From: a virus
Virus record (IMG/VR): IMGVR_UViG_3300039183_000005
Location: 1 to 64,000 of that record
Length of the DNA: 64,000 nt
Reading direction: 5' to 3' (one strand)
The notes beneath the pieces are model-generated. The model worked only from the letters and a program-made list of their open reading frames with translations, was not told the origin of the DNA and made no database searches. Shown piece after piece: positions 40,272-49,245 of the stretch; positions within the stretch are counted from its first letter, which is position 1; every line of letters starts with the position of its first letter. Both the position numbers and the translations under genes were made by a program.

Positions 40272-40335
40272 CGATGAACAGGCGTCGTTCGTTACCTTAG
40301 TTACCGGGGGTCTTTAAAATGACTCCCGCTTTTTT
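40257..40335 (+). ncRNA. candidate small RNA (promoter - long hairpin - terminator)
   Basis: GTGTATAA 40248; ACTAAGG.AACGA...TCGTT.CCTTAGT hairpin; CGGGGGTC...GACTCCCG + T6. Confidence 0.45.
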
Positions 40336-40348
40336 CGTTGAAAATCAA

Positions 40349-40678
40349 ATGGGCAAATGGTGGTATTTAATTCTTCCAATTATCGTATGTCTGATATCAT
40401 GCTGCGATTTATTAGCTACTTTATATTTTGAAAAAACGAATTGCTATTTCCAGGAAGCGAATCCTATAGCAGTATATGTCTGGACGACCTATGGCGATTA
40501 TGGATTGGTAGGATTTAAAATTACCATCACTTTGGTGTCTTGCGTCTGTATGGCAGCAGTACTTCATGGCAAGAATCGATGTTGGCGAATTGTTGTTTCA
40601 ATATTCGGACTTTCAATTTGTATATTTTTGGTTGGCTGGTGGATTTTTTGGGAACAATTGTGTGTATTGAACGTATAA
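40349..40678 (+). CDS. DUF5658-like membrane protein
   Basis: DLLAT...EANPIA...GFK; 3 TM segments. Confidence 0.7.
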   Translation: MGKWWYLILPIIVCLISCCDLLATLYFEKTNCYFQEANPIAVYVWTTYGDYGLVGFKITITLVSCVCMAAVLHGKNRCWRIVVSIFGLSICIFLVGWWIFWEQLCVLNV

Positions 40679-40744
40679 TAAGATAACGGCACTAGTGCCG
40701 TTCTCAATAGCCGCGCTCTATATGGATACATTCTTAATTGCGTT
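40670..40744 (+). repeat. dispersed structured element, copy 3 of 3
   Basis: ACGTATAATAAGATAACGGCAC-ta-GTGCCGTTCTC + AGC-cgc-GCTC. Confidence 0.75.
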
Positions 40745-40762
40745 TTAGGGTGTTTGAAACAA

Positions 40763-40966
40763 ATGGGTATTCACTGTACTAGATGTGATGGAACTGGTTT
40801 TTTGAATATTCATCAGATACCATCTGATATATTTGATAATGGTTATGATGCTATTATAGAATGGATTGATAAACAAGATTCAGATAGCCATGATGTGCAA
40901 GAATGCGATTGTTGTGACGGAAGCGGTGAGCACGGATACGATGAGCGTACATTTGATTGTATGTAA
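40763..40966 (+). CDS. DnaJ-type Zn-finger small protein
   Basis: CTRCDGTG...CDCCDGSG. Confidence 0.6.
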   Translation: MGIHCTRCDGTGFLNIHQIPSDIFDNGYDAIIEWIDKQDSDSHDVQECDCCDGSGEHGYDERTFDCM

Positions 40967-40968
40967 TA

Positions 40969-41556
40969 ATGAAAATATTAATTGATGAAGATACTACTCA
41001 AACAAGAATAGCCGAAATGGCTTCGGAAATTGATTTCTATTATTATGGTAAGGATTGGTATCGACACATTCAAGAACCAATTATTGTTGTTGGTGTGCTT
41101 ACAGGTGCAATATTTTTTGTGGCCGATTTAGTGAGACAATTATCTATTCGTACCGAATTAGATTTTATTAGGACATCAACATATCCAATTACGGAGCCGA
41201 TTAATGATATTGGCCGAGAAGATATATCCGAGGAAATTACAGTAGGATTAAATTCGGATATTATCGCCGAACCAGTCTCTACAATAAATAATTCTCATGT
41301 ATTAATAATTGATGATATACTAGATTCTGGTTCAACCTATCAAGCAATTAGAGCCTACTTATTTGAGCGTGGTGCAAAAGATATAAGATTGGTTACACTG
41401 TTGAAGAAGCCAGGAAAAGCACCAGACAACATAAAAGCTGATTTTGTAGGTTTTGATATCGAGGATAAATGGGTGGCTGGATATGGCATGGATGACCGAC
41501 GCGGATTAGGGCGTGAGATTCCATATATTTTTGTAGACGAAGGAACTGGAGATTAA
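40969..41556 (+). CDS. hpt: hypoxanthine phosphoribosyltransferase
   Basis: VGVLTGAIFFVADL, VLIIDDILDSGST, VAGYGMD. Confidence 0.9.
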   Translation: MKILIDEDTTQTRIAEMASEIDFYYYGKDWYRHIQEPIIVVGVLTGAIFFVADLVRQLSIRTELDFIRTSTYPITEPINDIGREDISEEITVGLNSDIIAEPVSTINNSHVLIIDDILDSGSTYQAIRAYLFERGAKDIRLVTLLKKPGKAPDNIKADFVGFDIEDKWVAGYGMDDRRGLGREIPYIFVDEGTGD

Positions 41557-41557
41557 T

Positions 41558-41836
41558 GTGGATATTAAACAAGCTAAAAATATACTCAATGATGCAATGA
41601 AATCTATCGATAGATACTGCGCGGATAATCAGGAAATATCAGTTATTAATAAATTGTGTGATGTTATAAAATTTTTACTAGATGAAATCGATTGTATTAA
41701 ATCTCCGACGATGACTGTTTTACATTGCGGAACAGAACAAAAATCAACTGAATTATCTCCAATACTACCTCCATCTCAAATTGATATACCAATGCCACCA
41801 GTGAAACGTAATTATGATGCAAGGGATGCACAATAA
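41558..41836 (+). CDS. hypothetical protein
   Basis: ORF track. Confidence 0.55.
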   Translation: MDIKQAKNILNDAMKSIDRYCADNQEISVINKLCDVIKFLLDEIDCIKSPTMTVLHCGTEQKSTELSPILPPSQIDIPMPPVKRNYDARDAQ

Positions 41837-42216
41837 TGTCTGATAAATTTGATTTTATAAAAGTACAACCATCCAATGGCGTAATGAAGGATAAAAATGG
41901 AAATATAGTTGCTTTTGTTTGGATATTTAGACCGGATGTTGCTGTTGAAGATCGACACTATTTTAAAATGTCTGATACTGATGATGATTCAAATTTTTTG
42001 TGTATTGAAACTGGCTCAGATAAAATTCCAGTAAATTGTAAAAAAATATTTTCGCCCGACAATAGACCAAATGAGTGGGAATCAGTAGGTGACGAAGAAA
42101 TTCTTAAATGTTTCGAATTTTGTTGTAGTTTGCTGGCTGAAAAATATAAAGACATCGAACTACAGCAGCTTGGTCACCAGATTCTTTTGGATACTTTGTC
42201 CGGAGATAAAAAATAA
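41836..42216 (+). CDS. hypothetical protein
   Basis: ORF track; TAATG coupling. Confidence 0.6.
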   Translation: MSDKFDFIKVQPSNGVMKDKNGNIVAFVWIFRPDVAVEDRHYFKMSDTDDDSNFLCIETGSDKIPVNCKKIFSPDNRPNEWESVGDEEILKCFEFCCSLLAEKYKDIELQQLGHQILLDTLSGDKK

Positions 42217-43205
42217 TGCTTCAGACATCAGAACATACATGTGACGTAGTAAAAATTAAACTATTGCCACATCCAAATGCCGATAAATTGAGCTTAGTTA
42301 TGGTCGGCGATTTTCAGTGTATCGTTCGTACTGAGGATTGGAAAGATGGCGATCTTGCCGTGTATGTTCCTCCAGATAATATTGTTCCGGAAACAAAGGA
42401 ATTTGAATTTTTGGGTGGACACCGCAGAATTAAAGCTCGAAAACTTCGGGGTGAATGGTCTGCTGGCCTCTTAGTTCCCGCACCAGAAGGTGCCAAAATT
42501 GGTGATGATTGTATGGAGCGACTTGGCATAATTCATTACGAGCCGAAAGCTAGGGGCGATTTTAGTACTGATGGAGAGAATGTTAAACCACCAAGATCAA
42601 AAGAAACATCTAAAGCTGGTTTATTTACGCCTGTATATGATGTATTAAATTTTCGTAAGTATTCCGATTTGTTTGAAGATGGTGAAGAGGTAATAGTTAC
42701 AGAGAAGCTTCATGGAGCAAATTCTCGCTTTACTTGTGCTGATGGTCAAATATACTGTGGTTCTCGTAGATTTTGGAAAAAAGAAGACTCAAATAATTTA
42801 TGGTGGAAAGCTCTTTCGCAAAATAAAATTCTTGAAACCTGGCTGAGAAATCATCAAAACTATATTCTCTATGGAGAAGTTCTTGGGCAAGTTCAAAATC
42901 TAAAGTATGGAGCTAAAAACGGTGAAATTTTCTTTGCTGCATTTGATATACTAAAGGGTAATAAATGGCTTGATTTTGATGAAGCTTGCGAAATTGGTTA
43001 TATATTGCCGTGGGTACCTTTGGTATATCGTGGGCCATTTGATAAATATAAAATTCTTGCATTTGCAGAAGAGGATAGTTTGTGGCCCTGTGCGCAACAC
43101 TGTCGTGAGGGCGTTGTTGTGAAACCGGTACATGAACGTACTGATCATAGAATTGGAAGAGTACAACTCAAGGTGGTTGGTAATCGATATTTATCTAAAT
43201 CATAG
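42216..43205 (+). CDS. RNA ligase (DRB0094/Rnl2-like) with N-terminal OB-like module
   Basis: HPNADKL...GDLAVY.PPD, motif I TEKLHG, YGE, FAAFDI, EGVVVK. Confidence 0.85.
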   Translation: MLQTSEHTCDVVKIKLLPHPNADKLSLVMVGDFQCIVRTEDWKDGDLAVYVPPDNIVPETKEFEFLGGHRRIKARKLRGEWSAGLLVPAPEGAKIGDDCMERLGIIHYEPKARGDFSTDGENVKPPRSKETSKAGLFTPVYDVLNFRKYSDLFEDGEEVIVTEKLHGANSRFTCADGQIYCGSRRFWKKEDSNNLWWKALSQNKILETWLRNHQNYILYGEVLGQVQNLKYGAKNGEIFFAAFDILKGNKWLDFDEACEIGYILPWVPLVYRGPFDKYKILAFAEEDSLWPCAQHCREGVVVKPVHERTDHRIGRVQLKVVGNRYLSKS

Positions 43206-43217
43206 AAGGATATAGAA

Positions 43218-43469
43218 ATGTCTAAAGTAAGAAATTGTCCATATTGTTACGGTACTGGAAAAATTGGTATGATTGGTCGATGCACATATTGTCATGGTAG
43301 AAAAAAGGTATTATCGGATTATGTAAAATGGTATAGCAATAAGGCTTATGCGGTAGCCAAGTTTGAGCGAACAAGGAAAGAGGAAGCTGCAAAACTAATA
43401 GACAAAGATATCAAAAAATGGGAAGAAAAACATCCTAAACCGAGAAAATTTCCCAAAAATACAAAATAA
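43218..43469 (+). CDS. Zn-finger hypothetical protein
   Basis: CPYCYGTG...CTYCHG. Confidence 0.6.
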   Translation: MSKVRNCPYCYGTGKIGMIGRCTYCHGRKKVLSDYVKWYSNKAYAVAKFERTRKEEAAKLIDKDIKKWEEKHPKPRKFPKNTK

Positions 43470-43545
43470 GAATTTTTGCTAGTTAATTGTACACAATTAC
43501 GAATTGTTGACTATTAATATTTCAATAAAACAGAAAGGATATATT

Positions 43546-43701
43546 ATGCCAGGAAAAGATGGAACTGGTCCTGATGGTCATGGACCTAAAAAGAACAATA
43601 CAGGAGTTCCTACTCCGCGAAGAAGAAGGTCTACTAATCCAGGTGGTGGTCGCAGAAATAGGGGCAAAACTTGTCCGTATAACCCAAATAAGAATACATA
43701 A
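43546..43701 (+). CDS. DUF5320-like small basic protein
   Basis: MPGKDGTGPDGHGP start. Confidence 0.55.
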   Translation: MPGKDGTGPDGHGPKKNNTGVPTPRRRRSTNPGGGRRNRGKTCPYNPNKNT

Positions 43702-44168
43702 TGATAAAATTTATATCAGGTGACATGTTTGATATTGACGCTGACATTCTCGTCAACACAATCAACTGCGTAGGCGTGATGGGCTGCGGTGTGGCATTGG
43801 CATTTAAGAAAAAATATCCGTATATGTTTAAAAGATATAGATATCTATGTAGGTCTAATCAAATGCATCCTGGAATTCTGTGGAACTATAAAACACCAGA
43901 TGGTAAGCTTATTGTTAATTTTCCCACCAAAGACCACTGGAGAGAACCTTCTAGATATTCGTATATTGAGCACGGACTAGAAGAATTGAGATCATTATTG
44001 AAAGAAGCTGATAAAGACACATCCATTGCATTGCCCGCATTGGGATGTGGACATGGAGGATTGGATTGGGATATTGTTAAGGAAATGATTTCAGAACAAT
44101 TAAGCGATCTAGATAATGTTAATGTTTATGTGTTTCAACCGGGTGACTCAAGAAAACTAGGAGAATAG
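43701..44168 (+). CDS. macrodomain ADP-ribosylhydrolase, DarG-like
   Basis: VNTINCVGVMGCGVALAFK, NFPTKDHWR.PS, SIALPALGCGHGGLDW. Confidence 0.9.
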   Translation: MIKFISGDMFDIDADILVNTINCVGVMGCGVALAFKKKYPYMFKRYRYLCRSNQMHPGILWNYKTPDGKLIVNFPTKDHWREPSRYSYIEHGLEELRSLLKEADKDTSIALPALGCGHGGLDWDIVKEMISEQLSDLDNVNVYVFQPGDSRKLGE

Positions 44169-44170
44169 TA

Positions 44171-44443
44171 ATGCCATACATATCACAAGATTCTCGCGCA
44201 GAATACAATGATGAAATCAATAGTTTAGTGGAAAAATTAGAGGCTTGGGATAATGATACATTATCTGGGCATCTTAATTATATTTTTTTCCGTATAGTTG
44301 CCTTATTGGGTAAAAACGAATCATACGCTAGAATGGCAACAGTATCATCTGCTTTATCTGAAGCCCAGGCTGAATTTCGTCGCAGAATTATGGCTCCATA
44401 TGAGGATGAAAAGATTCAACAAAATGGAGATATTCAGTTATAG
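44171..44443 (+). CDS. DUF6899-like phage protein
   Basis: MPYI...GHLNY...EFRRRIMAPYEDEKI..NGD. Confidence 0.65.
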   Translation: MPYISQDSRAEYNDEINSLVEKLEAWDNDTLSGHLNYIFFRIVALLGKNESYARMATVSSALSEAQAEFRRRIMAPYEDEKIQQNGDIQL

Positions 44444-44493
44444 AACATCATGTTTCGGCTTGAATACTTACATTAATGCATCGGAGAAAAATA

Positions 44494-45900
44494 ATGAGAA
44501 AAAAATTATGCAATGGTTTGTTATTTAGTTTGATGATACTTTTTGCTAGTATTTTTAGTCTACAAAAAACTTTACTAGCATATGAATTACCATCTATTCA
44601 AATTACAGATAATATTGTAAATGATGTAAAACCACAGGTAGATGGTAATATTGTTGTGTGGGAAAGTTACGTTGGACCATATAATACAGAAATTTTTATG
44701 TACAATACCGATACTGGAAATATACATCAAATTACAAATAATACTATTTATGATTTTGATGCTAAAATTAATGGTAATTTTATTGTTTGGACCAGTAGTG
44801 TCAGTCTTGGTGGCTATGACGATGCTGAGATTTTTATATACAATATTGATTTGGGCACAATAACACAATTGACAAATGATAATACTATGGATATTGAACC
44901 AAGTATTGATGCAGATTATTTAATATGGCAAGGACGTGCAGATAATTTGCCTGATGGGCCGTGTGCGTGGAATATTTTTGAATTATCAACTGAGATTTGG
45001 TATGAGCTACCAGCAAATTCATGTTCTTTTCATAATACCGCAAATCTTGAGAATCCATTTTTTGTATTTTTTGTTGACATTCAACCATGGAAATTATATA
45101 ATATTTCAACTGACACCACAATTGATGCATTTTTTGGTTCAAATACGTCCAAAGTAAATAACGGTAGAATAGTTTACAATTCTTCACAATTTCCTCCATC
45201 AAATTATGATCTTTTTATGTTGGATTTGGTTTCTATGAATACGACGCAATTAACCAATACCCAAGAAATCGAACATGATGTTTGTTTGTACGATAATTAC
45301 GTTGTATTCACTAGACAAATTGACCCAGAATTGCCTGAAAAATCAATCTTTATTCTTGATATATCAACTACTACATTGTTTCGTATAATGAATGGGATAG
45401 ATATTGACAACATTGTTATGGATAACAATAAAGTTGCCTGGTTAATGACTGATCCGGCTTACATTCATTGTACCATATTGTGCAATCACAGGACTGAGTG
45501 TATAGCATGTGAGGCGTGTGGTGGCGAATGCCAAGAATGTGATGAATGTTATTTATGTCACGAATTGTGTGATAATTTTGATAAAACCATATTAATACAA
45601 TATGATATAGCTACCCATACCTGGTATAAAATTGATTCTGGTGAATATAACGTAACTGATGTAACGATTAATAACGGCAATACTGTTTGGACAGGATGTG
45701 ATGATATTGATCATGAAATTTTCTTGGTTATTGACTGCCCAGATATTGATGGTGATGGAATTTGTGATATTGACGATAATTGTCCATATACTCCAAACAA
45801 CGACCAAGGAGATATGGACGGAGATGGAATTGGTGATGTTTGTGATCCATGTCCAAAAGTTTTTGGCAATTGTAAACATCCGACAGGCACTATACAATAG
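44494..45900 (+). CDS. secreted beta-propeller protein with Cys-rich insert and thrombospondin type-3 repeats
   Basis: Signal peptide; QITxN...PxIDGxxxVW repeats; [15 protein letters not shown]...[12 protein letters not shown]. Confidence 0.75.
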   Translation: MRKKLCNGLLFSLMILFASIFSLQKTLLAYELPSIQITDNIVNDVKPQVDGNIVVWESYVGPYNTEIFMYNTDTGNIHQITNNTIYDFDAKINGNFIVWTSSVSLGGYDDAEIFIYNIDLGTITQLTNDNTMDIEPSIDADYLIWQGRADNLPDGPCAWNIFELSTEIWYELPANSCSFHNTANLENPFFVFFVDIQPWKLYNISTDTTIDAFFGSNTSKVNNGRIVYNSSQFPPSNYDLFMLDLVSMNTTQLTNTQEIEHDVCLYDNYVVFTRQIDPELPEKSIFILDISTTTLFRIMNGIDIDNIVMDNNKVAWLMTDPAYIHCTILCNHRTECIACEACGGECQECDECYLCHELCDNFDKTILIQYDIATHTWYKIDSGEYNVTDVTINNGNTVWTGCDDIDHEIFLVIDCPDIDGDGICDIDDNCPYTPNNDQGDMDGDGIGDVCDPCPKVFGNCKHPTGTIQ

Positions 45901-45954
45901 ATTGATGGCACAATAGCATAATTACTAGTGTCTAATCAGAAAGGAGGTGAAATT

Positions 45955-46128
45955 GTGATTAAGAAAATGATGGCGTGTTTACTGGTGGTTTTTTGTTCGT
46001 TTATCGCTGGATGTCCTGCTGCTGATTTTATAGCTGAAAGATTTGGTTACGTACCAGAACCCGAAGCTAGCTGGGTTGATGATGTTGATGATGTATTAGA
46101 TCAAATTAGTGATTTAATTAATGATTAA
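45955..46128 (+). CDS. small lipoprotein
   Basis: Lipobox IAGC; AGGAGGTG SD. Confidence 0.6.
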   Translation: MIKKMMACLLVVFCSFIAGCPAADFIAERFGYVPEPEASWVDDVDDVLDQISDLIND

Positions 46129-46140
46129 TCGCATTCTAAG

Positions 46141-46213
46141 TGCGGGGTGGAGCAGTTGGTAGCTTAACGGCCTCATAAGCCGAAGGTCGCCGGTTCGAGT
46201 CCGGCCCCCGCAA
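46141..46213 (+). tRNA. tRNA-Met(CAT), initiator-like body, no encoded CCA
   Basis: TGCGGGG/CCCCGCA acceptor, CTCATAA loop, GCCGG-TTCGAGT-CCGGC. Confidence 0.92.
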
Positions 46214-46234
46214 ATTCTTTATGAAAGGAAAAAT

Positions 46235-46576
46235 ATGTTGAAAGTTTACATTGCAGGCCCATATGCCAAAGGTGATGTTGCAGTTAATGTTAAAAATGCC
46301 ATAGATGCTGCTGATAGATTAATTGAAATTCGATGTGTCCCATTTGTACCACATTTATTTCATTTTTGGCACATTTTATCTCCACACGAATATGATGTTT
46401 GGATGAATCTGGATATGGAATGGCTGAGACAGTGCGATGTTGTTCTTAGACTTTCTGGTGATTCAGAAGGTGCTGATAAAGAAGTTCAATTGGCTAAACA
46501 ATTAGGTAAACACGTATATACATCGGTTGAAAGTCTTATAAAAGTAATTTCAGGAGATAATAAATGTTACAAGTAA
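46235..46576 (+). CDS. DUF4406/DUF1937-like nucleoside deoxyribosyltransferase-fold protein
   Basis: VYIAGPY...PFVPH...CDVVLRLSGDSEGADKE. Confidence 0.75.
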   Translation: MLKVYIAGPYAKGDVAVNVKNAIDAADRLIEIRCVPFVPHLFHFWHILSPHEYDVWMNLDMEWLRQCDVVLRLSGDSEGADKEVQLAKQLGKHVYTSVESLIKVISGDNKCYK

Positions 46577-46875
46577 CATATGATCTTGATAAAATAAAAG
46601 TCAGATTTGATCACAAATTTTGTGGTCCGCATGAAATAATGGGCTGTACTGGTGTTCATGTTAATGAAAGTCGCAGATGTTCTTTGGCGACAGTATATAT
46701 TAATGATGTATTTGCTGGTAAAGGCATGGCGGTATGCCATCCTACGGATAATTTTTGTCGTTCTATCGGAAGAAAGAAAGCCTTAGCCAATGCGCTTATT
46801 CCATTTAATAAATCATTTCGTAGGGCTATTTGGATAGAATATAATATTAAGTGTGGTTTTAAAATACATAAATAA
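46564..46875 (+). CDS. hypothetical phage protein
   Basis: GMAVCHPTDNFCRSIGRKKAL. Confidence 0.6.
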   Translation: MLQVTYDLDKIKVRFDHKFCGPHEIMGCTGVHVNESRRCSLATVYINDVFAGKGMAVCHPTDNFCRSIGRKKALANALIPFNKSFRRAIWIEYNIKCGFKIHK

Positions 46876-46902
46876 TAAAGTTATTCATGATTGGGAAAAT
46901 AT

Positions 46903-47295
46903 ATGAAAATTTTTATTCTAGAAGATAATGAATCGCGTATGATAAAATTCAGACGAGAACTTATTGGACACGAGATAGATCATGCAGAAACAGTTCAAGA
47001 TGGCACTAGTTTGGTAGTGGCCAACAAGTATGATTTGCTTTTTCTCGATCATGATTTGGGTGGAAAAGAAATGGTTGATTCTTTTGTCGAAGATACTGGC
47101 TATAAATTAGCCGAATTCATAGCTTCGTTTACTCCGAATAAAGAAACGCCATGTGTAATACATTCATGCAATCCAGTTGGCGCCGACAATATGACCAAAG
47201 TACTCCCTCACGCCATTAAGATACCATTTCCATCTTTAAATATATCACTAGTTATAAAATATGTGGAAAAATATCAAAAACTACTAGAAAACTGA
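46903..47295 (+). CDS. cyclic-phosphate-processing receiver-like protein
   Basis: ILEDN...FLDHDLGG...TGY...IHSCNPVG. Confidence 0.75.
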   Translation: MKIFILEDNESRMIKFRRELIGHEIDHAETVQDGTSLVVANKYDLLFLDHDLGGKEMVDSFVEDTGYKLAEFIASFTPNKETPCVIHSCNPVGADNMTKVLPHAIKIPFPSLNISLVIKYVEKYQKLLEN

Positions 47296-47308
47296 AGGTG
47301 TATAATTC

Positions 47309-47548
47309 ATGGGTAAAAAAAATAAAAAAGAGAAGCAACGAGAATTAACTAAAATAGAACCAATAAATAAAGATATACTTGATTCAATTGGAAGCCCGAA
47401 CATATGGACTCCTAAAACCGAAGATGCCTGGCTAAAGGAACTTCGCAAGATGTCAACTGGAGAAATCTATCGAAGGTTCCCGCCGCTCAAGAAACCTATG
47501 AATGTTAGAAAAAGAGGCAAGGGGTCTGGTTGGGGTAAAAATGCTTGA
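47309..47548 (+). CDS. basic hypothetical protein, possibly leaderless
   Basis: ATG 4 nt after GTGTATAA at 47298-47305. Confidence 0.5.
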   Translation: MGKKNKKEKQRELTKIEPINKDILDSIGSPNIWTPKTEDAWLKELRKMSTGEIYRRFPPLKKPMNVRKRGKGSGWGKNA

Positions 47549-47620
47549 TGAAAGAAACGCACCAATGGACGTTTTAGATACTGAGTTAGAATTTTTCAAT
47601 ATTTAGTACGCAGGATATCG

Positions 47621-47959
47621 ATGAGTATTAGGCTCTCTAGAAAACAAAGACGCGGTGGACATATCGCCAGACGGAAAAAGGGCATTACACCATATAAATA
47701 TTATCTTACTAAAAAAGAAATTATTCGCAGAAAGGAGGAAGGTGACGTGACTGACTGGAACGAAGAACTTCAAAGAGCAGCAGAACGCGCTATGGAAGTA
47801 GCAACGGCTGTGATTCGAGAGGATGGCCCTAAGAGTAAACCATATTGCGTTTATTCTGAAAAGACTGGACGAAAATTTGGATGTTATCCTACTAGAAAAG
47901 CTGCGGAAAAAAGATTGGCTCAGATTGAGATGCATAAACATATTAAGAAAAACAAGTGA
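47621..47959 (+). CDS. basic hypothetical protein
   Basis: YCVYSEKTGRKFGCYPTRKAAEKRLAQIE. Confidence 0.65.
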   Translation: MSIRLSRKQRRGGHIARRKKGITPYKYYLTKKEIIRRKEEGDVTDWNEELQRAAERAMEVATAVIREDGPKSKPYCVYSEKTGRKFGCYPTRKAAEKRLAQIEMHKHIKKNK

Positions 47960-47960
47960 G

Positions 47961-48046
47961 TAACCACAAAGAGGATTAGCTTGCTTGCCATGCGTAGGTG
48001 GAGTAACGGTGTCGTCGTTCTAAGGCGACACCAGCTTTTGGTTTTT
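47961..48046 (+). ncRNA. candidate multi-stem RNA or terminator
   Basis: Outer stem AACCA(C)AAAG/CTTTTGGTT enclosing two hairpins, then T-run. Confidence 0.3.
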
Positions 48047-48065
48047 ATTTAAGAGATAAAATTTT

Positions 48066-48305
48066 ATGAACATACAAAATAAAATACAGCTTATTTCCAC
48101 AAATAATGAATTTTTGCAGCGATTTAAGGATACATGGGGAGTTGGTAAAAAAAGAAGTGATCAGGCCCGTAGATTGGTTGATGGTGATATTCATTTACCA
48201 GAAGACAAAGATGCTATTATCGGTATGGCAATAATTGTAAATATACAATTAGCATTAAGTCATTTAGAATCACAAGAACTAGAAGTAAGTATCGGTGACG
48301 AATAA
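48066..48305 (+). CDS. hypothetical protein
   Basis: ORF track. Confidence 0.55.
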   Translation: MNIQNKIQLISTNNEFLQRFKDTWGVGKKRSDQARRLVDGDIHLPEDKDAIIGMAIIVNIQLALSHLESQELEVSIGDE

Positions 48306-48528
48306 AACAACAGTAGTAAATATTCGAACACACGAATATGACGCATACATAGGCAGGGAGGGGCATGGCCATGATGGCTATTTTGGTAATCCCTTTTCTG
48401 TCATGCGAGATGGTGGTCAAGAATTTGCCTCACGAGTTGAAGAATTAAGAGGAACTAAACATACAGTTACAGAAGCTCGAAAACGTGGTATTAAAGTTGA
48501 AATTATTGGAGTAAATAATGTTAAATGA
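48295..48528 (+). pseudogene. DUF4326 N-terminus joined to a SLOG/YspA-like C-terminus (probable deletion remnant)
   Basis: TTVVN...YIGR...FGNPF joined to RGTKHTVTEARKRGIKVEII. Confidence 0.45.
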
Positions 48529-48784
48529 AACAGTAGATTTTTTGAATTATATTTTGCAACAAGATAGGGTAGGAGTCAGTAATATTTTTCTTGATTGCTA
48601 TATGCCAGCATCTCAGGAATGGATAGATCATCCAACTATTCAAGTAACAACGGATGATAGGGTTCGTTTGATCGGGATATTAAATGGTTTTGTTCTAGAT
48701 TGTCAGAAAACTGAATGTTTAAGAATGGTTATTGATGATAAAACCGGTTTAATTAATCGCTTTGAACTTGGACCATATAAATAA
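48518..48784 (+). CDS. hypothetical protein
   Basis: ORF track. Confidence 0.6.
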   Translation: MLNETVDFLNYILQQDRVGVSNIFLDCYMPASQEWIDHPTIQVTTDDRVRLIGILNGFVLDCQKTECLRMVIDDKTGLINRFELGPYK

Positions 48785-48806
48785 TATCAGAAGGTGATAA
48801 ATAATA

Positions 48807-49232
48807 ATGCAAGCTTGTTATAGAGGATTACGTAATTACAAATATCAATTAGTTGAAGATTATGAATTAATAATTCCCATTAAAGAAAAATCAATAGTTG
48901 AAAAATTTATTGAACTGAACGAAGCTGGTCGTCTTTTGATTAAAAAAGGATATTGTTGGGATGGCCCAAGTGGACCTACAATTGATACTTTAACTTTCAT
49001 GAGAGGATCACTCGTTCACGACGCCCTTTATCAACTTATAAGGATGGAACGTCTGGATTTGTCGTACCGAGACAAAGCTGATCGAATTATTCGTCAAATA
49101 TGCTTAGAAGATGGAATGAATAGAATTAGAGCATGGTATGTTTATTGGTCGTTAAGGTTTTTTGCTAAAGGGGCTGCTATTCCTGGAACGCAAGAATCAG
49201 ATGTAATTGTTTGTGTTCCCGTAAATAAATAA
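48807..49232 (+). CDS. DUF1353-family protein
   Basis: GYCWDGPS...SLVHDALYQ...ADRI. Confidence 0.75.
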   Translation: MQACYRGLRNYKYQLVEDYELIIPIKEKSIVEKFIELNEAGRLLIKKGYCWDGPSGPTIDTLTFMRGSLVHDALYQLIRMERLDLSYRDKADRIIRQICLEDGMNRIRAWYVYWSLRFFAKGAAIPGTQESDVIVCVPVNK

Positions 49233-49245
49233 GCAAGGAATAACT

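Noticed and set aside
275-40744. Calling the repeated element a true integron attC array
   Set aside because: No integrase in the window, copies are far apart, and L/R box spacing and extrahelical bases are not canonical; kept only as a hypothesis.
37996-41556. ligA, hpt, gmd and clpP as evidence of host chromosome or a prophage boundary
   Set aside because: They are interleaved with and coupled to phage genes under the same promoter motif; no integrase, att site or housekeeping operon is seen.
45547-45561. CYLCH as a c-type heme motif
   Set aside because: It is one CxxCH inside a dense Cys cluster, so more likely disulfide or metal binding.
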